The notes under the pieces: model-generated
What the model saw: the letters and a program-made list of their open reading frames with translations, nothing else
What the model was told of the DNA's origin: nothing
Databases searched by the model: none
Shown: piece by piece, positions 57,045 to 64,000 of the stretch
How the letters are laid out: each line of letters begins with the position of its first letter
How positions within the stretch are numbered: the stretch's first letter is position 1
Origin: Candidatus Woesebacteria bacterium
GTDB taxonomy: Bacteria; Patescibacteriota; Microgenomatia; UBA1400; UBA12028
Direction: 5' to 3'
DNA: 64,000 nt
Assembly: GCA_040006915.1 (NCBI GenBank)
Contig: JBDTWD010000002.1
Coordinates: 42,613-106,612, forward strand
Made by a program: the position numbers and the translations under genes

Positions 57045-57136
57045 ACCTCACCTCAATCCACCATATCGATGGACTCAGGCAAGGCCCGTAGTTTTAGCTA
57101 CGGGCTTACACTTTTATACAAATGTGAGATCAAATA

Positions 57137-58165
57137 CTAGTCTAGCAGCAACCATCGTTGGTCAGGAATACCTTCCGGCGCCCAGGCAGTCACTGATTCT
57201 TTCAATCCTTTAGGGGTAAAAGTAATCTGCCACCAGCAAATCATTACGTGGTGTTTCGGTGACATCAGGAATTGAGGGCCACCAACTACTTCGAAGCTGC
57301 CAGTTAAAACGACATCCAACTGCGAATCGGAATCGTTGGCGGCGGTACGCACATGGGTTTCACCCCACTGGGCATTGTTATACCCTTTTGCGCCAACGGA
57401 GAGTTGGCACGGAAGTGCTGCTTCACAGGCTATAACGGTTGGAGTTGGTGTCAACACAGTTGTTGGCATAACGGTCGGAGTCGTAGACGAGTCTACAGTA
57501 TGGGAGAATACTCCCCCAGCAATCCATCCGTGACTTCTGTCATTGAGCAGAACTTCGTTCCACTCGTACCCACCGTTGGGTGGATACCAAGTACCGAGTA
57601 AGGTGAATGTACTATCACGTAACACCCTAACAATCACCTTTGCATCGGTATTGTGATCGATATGGACACGCAAACAATCTCGATCCACAATTACTTGTGG
57701 TGTTCGTGTTTGCGTATATTCCTGGCACGGCAAGCTTTGCGGCGTGATTGTTGGAACAGACGGGATTATAGTCGGTGCTGTCTGCGCCTGTGGCATAATG
57801 GTAGGCGTGGAATGATCACAAGTACGAATACAAATGGTCACCGATTCGATTCCACCAAAGGAATTTTGGGCAGTATATGTAACCCACCCTTGATTCATTT
57901 CATTCCATAGCGTTTTGTTTTGGAGTTGACCAGAACGGTGGGAAATAAGTCCACCAGAACCGACACCTCTCCCCGTCGCACAGGAGACAGCTTGAGTCAA
58001 ATTTTCCGACCAAGTAATTTCCCCTTCCAATGCGGTTGTAAGACCTACTTCAGTCATACAACCACCCATATCCCGAAGGGAGTATTGCAGCGAATTCTGC
58101 GCAAAAACCGACGTTACGCTGGCGAATACCAGCGATGAGACGATAAGAGCAAGCTTTCGAAACAT
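57137..58165 (-). CDS. Secreted hypothetical protein (342 aa) with a signal peptide. Paralog of the 58403 gene.
   Basis: MFRKLALIVSSLVFASVTSVFA signal peptide. Shares SCATGR..HRS...NEMN..YSA/YTAQ and a C-terminal GW(I/M)AGG block with the next gene. Confidence 0.6.
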   Translation of the reverse strand: MFRKLALIVSSLVFASVTSVFAQNSLQYSLRDMGGCMTEVGLTTALEGEITWSENLTQAVSCATGRGVGSGGLISHRSGQLQNKTLWNEMNQGWVTYTAQNSFGGIESVTICIRTCDHSTPTIMPQAQTAPTIIPSVPTITPQSLPCQEYTQTRTPQVIVDRDCLRVHIDHNTDAKVIVRVLRDSTFTLLGTWYPPNGGYEWNEVLLNDRSHGWIAGGVFSHTVDSSTTPTVMPTTVLTPTPTVIACEAALPCQLSVGAKGYNNAQWGETHVRTAANDSDSQLDVVLTGSFEVVGGPQFLMSPKHHVMICWWQITFTPKGLKESVTAWAPEGIPDQRWLLLD

Positions 58166-58200
58166 CGACTATTTCTCCTTGAAAAGGTTAAACGAATCTC

Positions 58201-58250
58201 CCAGATGGGAAAGAAAAAGTCATGCCGAAAACTCCTTCTTTCCCACCTGG
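58201..58250. repeat. Long imperfect inverted repeat CCAGATGGGAAAGAA-N20-TTCTTTCCCACCTGG (15-bp stem with 1 mismatch) between the two paralogous secreted-protein genes
   Basis: Read from the sequence. No clean U-tract follows on the minus strand, so this may be a regulatory structure and not a simple terminator. Confidence 0.35.
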
Positions 58251-58402
58251 AAAAAATTTGATCTTCACATTGTAAAAGAGCGATTGGGGTCCCTAGCAAA
58301 TTACCCATTTTTTGCCGTGATGGCGGAATGGAAAACGTACTAAAACCCTCCCTATATTTAGGGAACGTATATTATAGGACATTTTTGAGGTTTTGGGAAG
58401 GC

Positions 58403-59089
58403 TTACAGGGTCACTTTCGAATACCCTCCACCAGCCATCCAACCAGTTGTACCGTCTGGCAACTTGATCTGGTACCAAGGGAAATTACCCGAGGTTAGAA
58501 AGGTAGAGATCCAGGTTAATCGACTGGCGAATGTTGCTCGAGCCAAGATGTTGTTTTTACTGGTATCTGGAGCTTGGCGAATGTTCAAACAATGGACCAG
58601 AACTTGGACAAATGGAGTGTTACTAGCTTCTCCCCCGCGAAACTGACAGTTCAGATTTGACGCAGTTGCTGAGCCTGTGGCTCCACTTGAGCTAGAGCTA
58701 CCTAAAGTAAGACTCGTGCTGGTGCGATGAGAGGCAATGTGAACAACCTGAGATACTCGGTTCCCCTGAATATCTTTGGCTGAATACTCGATGTTCCCAC
58801 AGTTCATTTCGTTAAATTTGTTCTGCTCATCTGGGAGTGTACTGCGATGGAAAAGATCCACATCATCTTTTACCGCTCGTCCAGTTGCACAGGAGCTGGC
58901 ATCAAGATAATGAACATGCCACTTTAAAGGTCCACTTAAGCCGTTAGCTTTCATGCTCACTTCTGTCGTATCGATACTCATCCAAGAACCCGTTACTTCC
59001 AAGTTTCCTTGAGCAAAAGCTGGGACTACAGCTGTCACAAACAGAAATAGAGTCAAGCCAACAATGGAGAGAGCATTCAAAAATTTCAT
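58403..59089 (-). CDS. Secreted hypothetical protein (228 aa). Paralog of the 57137 gene.
   Basis: MKFLNALSIVGLTLFLFVTAVVPAFAQG signal peptide. Same conserved blocks as the neighbouring paralog. Confidence 0.6.
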   Translation of the reverse strand: MKFLNALSIVGLTLFLFVTAVVPAFAQGNLEVTGSWMSIDTTEVSMKANGLSGPLKWHVHYLDASSCATGRAVKDDVDLFHRSTLPDEQNKFNEMNCGNIEYSAKDIQGNRVSQVVHIASHRTSTSLTLGSSSSSGATGSATASNLNCQFRGGEASNTPFVQVLVHCLNIRQAPDTSKNNILARATFASRLTWISTFLTSGNFPWYQIKLPDGTTGWMAGGGYSKVTL

Positions 59090-59146
59090 AGAGTTATTAT
59101 ACTATAGGACTTGAAAGATAGCGATAAGGAGTATGTAAGAAAGACA

Positions 59147-59365
59147 CTAATCGACCCAGTTGTTCCAGAGGACAATCAGGGCCCCAAAGCATAAGGCCAG
59201 AGCCACTGCTGCAGGAGGGATTGTAACCCCAGCAAACACTCTCCCGGCAATATCTATGCCTGTAAGGGTGAGAAACCCCCAATTTAAGGCTGAGAAAGCT
59301 ATTAAGATCAAACAAAGATGATAGATGCCTCCACGTAAAAAGGAGTGTCTGGACATTCTGTACAT
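59147..59365 (-). CDS. DUF378-family small membrane protein
   Basis: ALNWGFLTLTGIDIAGRVFAG...ALCFGALIV matches the DUF378 consensus (LNWGL.G.F..DLVA.LFG). Confidence 0.6.
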   Translation of the reverse strand: MYRMSRHSFLRGGIYHLCLILIAFSALNWGFLTLTGIDIAGRVFAGVTIPPAAVALALCFGALIVLWNNWVD

Positions 59366-59389
59366 ATTCTTACTGTATCATAGGAGCAT

Positions 59390-59611
59390 ATGAAAAAAAT
59401 AGAACTTGGTACCTACAAACACTACAAGGGAAATAAATATCTGGTATTAGGTGTTGCCAAACATAGTGAGACTAAAGAAGATCTCGTTGTCTATGTCAGC
59501 CTGTATGCCAATGATATGGCCAGCCTATGGGTCCGTCCTCTTGCTATGTTTTTAGAAGATGTCGTGATTGATGGGAAAACTGTTCCTCGCTTTGAAAAGC
59601 TTGCAGACTAG
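59390..59611 (+). CDS. DUF1653-family protein
   Basis: GTYKHYKGNKYLVLGVAKHSETKEDLVVYVSLY matches the DUF1653 signature (YRHYKG..Y.V...A.HSET.E..VVY). Confidence 0.6.
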   Translation: MKKIELGTYKHYKGNKYLVLGVAKHSETKEDLVVYVSLYANDMASLWVRPLAMFLEDVVIDGKTVPRFEKLAD

Positions 59612-59968
59612 TTAAAAGCTCCATGGAGTCTGTAGTTTGCCCATATAAACAGCCGGCCCTCCATACTGATCTGCAGTGATATCGACAACTGTTTGATCTT
59701 CAAGGTATAAAAAGGTATGGCATTCCCCTGCATATTTCCCTTGGATAACTTTTCCTCGTCCTAAGAGATGCTGTAGGTACACACTGGCGATACCACAATT
59801 TAATTTTGGAAAAAGTTTTGCTGATTGACGAATAAACTCACCAAGATTAGGGATCTGAGCATAGGACTGATATAAGGAAAGCAAAAGCGCCTCAGGGATT
59901 TTCCCTGTTTCAAATGAACTGCGTACCGCATGAACAACTACGCTCAGGTTCTGATCACTCATGCTCAC
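59612..59968 (-). CDS. Hypothetical protein (118 aa)
   Basis: Clean ORF. It has a Cys...His arrangement (NCGIASVY...GECHTFLYLED) that could suggest a papain-like hydrolase, but this is not confident. Confidence 0.4.
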   Translation of the reverse strand: MSMSDQNLSVVVHAVRSSFETGKIPEALLLSLYQSYAQIPNLGEFIRQSAKLFPKLNCGIASVYLQHLLGRGKVIQGKYAGECHTFLYLEDQTVVDITADQYGGPAVYMGKLQTPWSF

Positions 59969-60014
59969 AGTCTAACACCAGTTTCCCAAAGACAAAAAAG
60001 TTTGGACATCTTCA

Positions 60015-60743
60015 TTATTTTCGCAGCTCGACTGTAGATAGAATTGCGTCAACATCATTTTGATACCCTTTTCCTTGAGGATCCGGAGCGATAAAGGTAA
60101 TATTGAGAGCAGTCTTTGACTCTGAATCTTTCTGAAGAATCAAATACGTTGAACTTCCTAAGCCGCGCAACTCATAGGTAAAACCAAAGTATCCGTTCAA
60201 ACTTGTTTGTCTTTTAGATTGTATGATTTCTGTAGTTCCATCAGCCGTAGAGGTCTGAATGCTTGAGTCAACAAATGCCGCTAAGGAACTATTTTTCAAA
60301 TCAACTGATTCAAATACCATCAGTACTCCATCATAGAGTTCCGTTTGCCCTTTCTGGGTGGCTCCTTTTTTGCTGATGCGAATGTGCTTTGCATCACTGG
60401 TATTGAGAACGTAGTCATTTGGATACAAGAATCCAAACCCACCTTTAGGATCGCTGTAGCTATTACCCCCGGCTTTGAGCACGTTGGTATCAGGATTGGA
60501 CTTGATGAATTGATCCACAGTCGGAATTGGAGCTGTCACCTCTTGAGGGACACTTGTCCCGGTCACCGGAACGTAGGATTTGGTAGATAAATAGTAGAGT
60601 GCGGCACCAACTCCTACCACTGCACCAAGCAAACAAATAATGATTGTGTTTCTCATACGTACAAAAGTATAGAACAATATGATGATGATAGGGTAAGAGA
60701 CTGGTGTCTTCTTGCACAGAAAGTGCCTAGTAGCGGATATCAA
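60015..60743 (-). CDS. Membrane-anchored hypothetical protein (N-terminal TM, extracytoplasmic domain)
   Basis: Hydrophobic N-terminus IIICLLGAVVGVGAALYYL. Overlaps the upstream heme-protein gene by 4 nt. Confidence 0.55.
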   Translation of the reverse strand: MISATRHFLCKKTPVSYPIIIILFYTFVRMRNTIIICLLGAVVGVGAALYYLSTKSYVPVTGTSVPQEVTAPIPTVDQFIKSNPDTNVLKAGGNSYSDPKGGFGFLYPNDYVLNTSDAKHIRISKKGATQKGQTELYDGVLMVFESVDLKNSSLAAFVDSSIQTSTADGTTEIIQSKRQTSLNGYFGFTYELRGLGSSTYLILQKDSESKTALNITFIAPDPQGKGYQNDVDAILSTVELRK

Positions 60744-61342
60744 AACCTATTTTTATTTGCTAAACGAATCCTCAGCCACATAAGCAGACGCATGACAATG
60801 ACGACGGCAATAAAGATCGTTTCCAATAGACTTAGTGATGGGAGTGTTTTCATTCCTCCGTTATACCAAGTCATCCAACGAGCCGATTTGAGGAGTACCA
60901 CATGAGCCGCTACAAATAGCATCGCGATATAGCCAGCTCGTAGAATTCGTCTCCACTTCTGCACTCCAATTCGAACCATGGCCGAGCGACTAGAGATCAG
61001 CGCCATGATACTAAAAATACCTGTGGCGAAAAGGCCTGTCACTGGGGCGGGAGCTACTCTGAGCGCTGAAAAAGACAGTGCGACATGAACGAGAGCAAAT
61101 GCGAATCCGATTAAACCCAACTGTTTTCGATACATTATTTTTGAATCAAAGAGATTAAAAAAATAGGCGAGGCTAGAAAGCCACATCGATAATCCAATAA
61201 GAATAATTGAGGTGTCAGCCATTCCTTTGTTGAGGAGGTTTGGTGTTTTGAGATAACTATTATATCCATAACTGAATCCGTAGATGATGAATCCAAAGAT
61301 CAGTACTTTTAGATAAGGCCAAAGTTCTTTATTTACTTTCAT
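60740..61342 (-). CDS. Ferric-reductase-domain / MsrQ (YedZ)-like polytopic membrane protein (putative b-heme binding)
   Basis: 200 aa with ~6 TM helices. Conserved His in adjacent helices (LIGFAFALVHVALSF and YIAMLFVAAHVVLLK) preceded by Arg, as in the FRD/MsrQ heme ligation pattern. Coupled by 14 nt to the VKOR-DHODH gene and by 4 nt to the next gene. Confidence 0.5.
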   Translation of the reverse strand: MKVNKELWPYLKVLIFGFIIYGFSYGYNSYLKTPNLLNKGMADTSIILIGLSMWLSSLAYFFNLFDSKIMYRKQLGLIGFAFALVHVALSFSALRVAPAPVTGLFATGIFSIMALISSRSAMVRIGVQKWRRILRAGYIAMLFVAAHVVLLKSARWMTWYNGGMKTLPSLSLLETIFIAVVIVMRLLMWLRIRLANKNRF

Positions 61343-62867
61343 ACATTGTTCCTTTTCCGTTGTCGACAGTTTTATATGTTAAGTACTGATTAATTTCTCC
61401 GATCAACTGTGGTCCCTCATAGATCATCCCTGTAATCAGCTGAACAAGATTAGCACCAAGTTTCATTTTTTCTGTCGCATCCTGCGGGGAGAAAATTCCT
61501 CCCGTTCCGATGATCACGAAGCGTTCTTTAAAGTGCTTTTTTGTGAGGATAATCGCATGGTTGGAGCGATTCCAAGTTGGTTTCCCACTGACATTTCCTG
61601 CCCGATCTTTCCACAATGCACGGTCTTGGACGTTGACATCAGGATTATTTTTATCCTTTGTTAGATTTCCAAAGACGACTCCAGCAATTTGATGGTGAGC
61701 TGCAGTAGTGAGAAGTAAAAGTGTTTCTGTATCACTTAAATCGATGGGCATTTTGATAAAAACTGGTTTCTTACTTTTCAGTTTATCCAACCGGCTAAGT
61801 AAACGTTCAAGACGGTCGCCTGTGGTAAAAGGTTGCCCTCCGCTCAAGTTTGGACAACTAATATTGAGTTCATAATAGCTGTGTCGTACATTACTTTGTT
61901 CGAAAAGATAAAACGTTTGCAAAATATCATCAATTTGTGTCATCAAGGTCGTGTACTTCTTGTTTGTACTACCAATACTAATTCCAATTGGGATTGTAAA
62001 GTTTTTATTGGATAGTCTTGCAATGATGACTTTGGCTCCGCTACTTTTGAATCCTTTGTTCACCAACAGTGCTTGTGATCTGGGGAACCTGCTAAGTCTT
62101 GGTTTTGTATTTCCACCATATGGTTCAAGCGTCACGGTTCCAATCGTCGCGAAACCAAATCCGACACTCGGTAAAATGTCTGTGAGCTGCCCATCATAAT
62201 CAAACCCTGCCGACAATCCGACTGGATTAGGAAATGAAATTCCTGCAATTTTCTTTGACAGCTTCGGATGAGAAAAATAAAAAAGAATTTTAGTTAAAAA
62301 GCGTGTGATTGAAAATTTTCCAAGGAAGATTCCTATCTCTGTCATACGATTATGTACAAATTCAGCATCGAGCAAAAAGAAGATTGGTTTACAAATCTGT
62401 ACATAGAAGAAATGAAAGAGATTCCGTTTACGTACAGTGAGAAAAAGTGGAATACAGATTGAAAACAGCAAAAAACTACTTAATGCTGAACCAACACAAT
62501 ACAGGCACCACGCATTCAAAACGAAAGCCATTACGAAAACAAGATAGAGAGAAAAGAGGAAACCACCAGTCGTCAGGACGAGTAAAAAATCTTGTGCTCT
62601 CTCTGAGGCATCAAGAAAAACAAGAATCGCTACGGTTAAAATCGTGGCGTAATACACTATTCCAATTGCAGAGAGTGGTACAGGTCCCACATGTGACCAC
62701 GGGCTGCTCAAAACCCTGCCGCAGTCAAATGGAGGTTGGCACGATGGGACGATCCCAGATAACTCACTCCAAGTCATGTATGACGTATCCAAAAGACCTA
62801 AGAAAGCGATAATCACAATCGCTAGTTTAAAAAACAGAGAATATCGCGGCATTTTTACAGTATACAA
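61329..62867 (-). CDS. Fusion protein: N-terminal VKOR (vitamin K epoxide reductase) membrane domain plus class-2 (membrane/quinone-type) dihydroorotate dehydrogenase
   Basis: VKOR part: loop Cys pair SCQPPFDCGRVLSSPWSHVGPVPLSAIG and active-site CxxC at a TM start (NAWCLYCVGS). DHODH part: class-2 N-terminal helices YVQICKPIFFLLDAEF, GLSAGFDYDGQ, ELNISCPNLSGG, IIGTGGIFSPQDATEKMKLGANLVQLITGMIYEGPQL. Confidence 0.75.
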   Translation of the reverse strand: MYTVKMPRYSLFFKLAIVIIAFLGLLDTSYMTWSELSGIVPSCQPPFDCGRVLSSPWSHVGPVPLSAIGIVYYATILTVAILVFLDASERAQDFLLVLTTGGFLFSLYLVFVMAFVLNAWCLYCVGSALSSFLLFSICIPLFLTVRKRNLFHFFYVQICKPIFFLLDAEFVHNRMTEIGIFLGKFSITRFLTKILFYFSHPKLSKKIAGISFPNPVGLSAGFDYDGQLTDILPSVGFGFATIGTVTLEPYGGNTKPRLSRFPRSQALLVNKGFKSSGAKVIIARLSNKNFTIPIGISIGSTNKKYTTLMTQIDDILQTFYLFEQSNVRHSYYELNISCPNLSGGQPFTTGDRLERLLSRLDKLKSKKPVFIKMPIDLSDTETLLLLTTAAHHQIAGVVFGNLTKDKNNPDVNVQDRALWKDRAGNVSGKPTWNRSNHAIILTKKHFKERFVIIGTGGIFSPQDATEKMKLGANLVQLITGMIYEGPQLIGEINQYLTYKTVDNGKGTMYESK

Positions 62868-62905
62868 AGAAAAACAGCCAAACTGTTGTGATCTTGCTCA
62901 CATTA

Positions 62906-63529
62906 TTACACGTAGTCAAAGAGCGCTTTTCGATCCAGCAACATGATCTCATGTGCATCGACAGAGACTAACTGAAGTTGTTTGAGTGCAGTCAGTTCGC
63001 GAGTAACGGTTTCACGCGAGAGACCCGTCAAATTGGCGAGTTTTTGATGTGTTAGTACAAGGTTTATTGCGTTATCAGATGTCGGAAACCGCTGTGATAA
63101 GGTGAGAAGCGTTTGAACAATAAGCGCTCGAGCGTTACCTTCCATTAAGCTTGCGGTTTTTAGCAGCATGCCGTGGAGTCCTTTGAGGAGGCGAACTGAT
63201 AGTTCATAGGATACTTCTGGGTTCGTTTGCAGCCATGCTTTGACTTCATTGACCGGTGCTTTATAGCCAGTACTGTCTGTCAGAGCCGCAAAGGTATATT
63301 GGTTGGGGATATCTGCCAGTCCATCCATCAGAGGAAAAAAGCTGCCACTTTTATATAAATTTAAACACAACTCTTGCCCACTTTGAGCAATGAAGGTTTG
63401 TTTGACGACTCCATCTTCGAGAAAGAAGATCTGCGAGGCTCGTTCTTCGGCGCGGATACAAATTTCATTGGCAGCTAGTTGGAATGGAGTTTTGCTGTAA
63501 AAGAATTCGGTTATTGGATCAGTTCCCAT
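62906..63529 (-). CDS. Crp/Fnr-family transcriptional regulator
   Basis: N-terminal cNMP-binding-like beta-roll and C-terminal HTH LANLTGLSRETVTRELTALKQ. Confidence 0.8.
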   Translation of the reverse strand: MGTDPITEFFYSKTPFQLAANEICIRAEERASQIFFLEDGVVKQTFIAQSGQELCLNLYKSGSFFPLMDGLADIPNQYTFAALTDSTGYKAPVNEVKAWLQTNPEVSYELSVRLLKGLHGMLLKTASLMEGNARALIVQTLLTLSQRFPTSDNAINLVLTHQKLANLTGLSRETVTRELTALKQLQLVSVDAHEIMLLDRKALFDYV

Positions 63530-63614
63530 CGTTGTATTGTACGCTGCAGGCGCTCGTGATCAAAATCACTAGCTTTCTGTTTTATGATGTGCAATAGTTT
63601 CTACGAGGACAAAT

Positions 63615-64000
63615 ATGAATGTATCGACTAAAAAAGTAGCCATCATCGGGCTCGGAAAAGTTGGGATCACAGCCGCATACGCCATGCTTCTACGAAACAC
63701 TGCAGACGAAATCATCCTCGTCTCTCGGTCCGCTCAAAAAGCTGAGGGAGAACAGCTCGATTTAGAGCATGGACTCACTTTTCTTGAGAACACCCATATC
63801 ACATCCACAGATGATTTCAGTAAGATTGAGGGGGCAAACGTCATCGTCATTACGGCTGGTGAGGCCCAAAAACCAGGACAAACACGATTAGATTTAATTG
63901 GGAGCAATAAAAAAATCATCGAAGAACTTGCTGAGTCGATTCGTCCCTACGTCCAAAATAGTGTTGTGGTGCTCGTTAGTAATCCGGTCGATATATTGAC
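63615..64000 (+). CDS. ldh: L-lactate/malate dehydrogenase family, 3' truncated by the window edge
   Basis: MNVSTKKVAIIGLGKVGITAAYAMLL is an NAD-binding Rossmann motif, with ITAGEAQKPGQTRLDL as the substrate-loop arginine region. The frame is open to the window end and is not in the ORF track because it has no stop. Confidence 0.85.
   Translation, partial: MNVSTKKVAIIGLGKVGITAAYAMLLRNTADEIILVSRSAQKAEGEQLDLEHGLTFLENTHITSTDDFSKIEGANVIVITAGEAQKPGQTRLDLIGSNKKIIEELAESIRPYVQNSVVVLVSNPVDIL

Noticed and set aside
1-64000. Searched for CRISPR arrays, tRNA/rRNA genes, IS elements, transposases and integrases
   Set aside because: I found no regularly spaced direct repeats, no cloverleaf-sized conserved non-coding segments, and no protein with DDE, tyrosine-recombinase or serine-recombinase motifs. 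The non-coding gaps are short (the largest is 337 nt).

Overview
This 64 kb window is a bacterial chromosomal segment, about 45% GC and tightly packed with many 1-4 nt gene overlaps. It contains core housekeeping genes: pheT (5' truncated), the rpsB-tsf operon, folD-nfo-glyA, guaA, topA-dprA, mreBCD-pbp2, def-fmt, rpmB and ldh (3' truncated). Over half of the window (about 13.4-30.3 kb, mostly minus strand) is a nucleotide-metabolism supercluster: upp-pyrB-pyrC-pyrD-pyrE, pyrF, tdk, tmk, a dNK-family deoxynucleoside kinase, two HD phosphohydrolases, an APH-like kinase, PfkB and HAD enzymes, and a purine PRTase next to guaA. The very short EF-Ts (150 aa), the many orphan proteins and the salvage-heavy content suggest a reduced-genome lineage, possibly CPR/Patescibacteria-like; this is inference only. 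I found no tRNA, rRNA, CRISPR array or transposase. The most unusual loci are: (1) a translationally coupled membrane redox operon encoding a VKOR-domain::class-2 dihydroorotate dehydrogenase fusion, a ferric-reductase/MsrQ-like di-heme membrane protein and a membrane-anchored protein (60.0-62.9 kb); (2) an insertion between rpsB-tsf and folD carrying a 775-aa SLOG/LOG-like protein, an isochorismatase-like hydrolase and a divergent 831-aa orphan (3.2-9.3 kb); (3) a 520-aa extended thymidylate-synthase-fold protein next to a class II Fic gene; (4) a coupled HD(dNTPase-like)-dNK-APH-like-kinase operon. Start codons are approximate in several places, because the ORF track extends some genes upstream through TTG codons or into the neighbouring gene.
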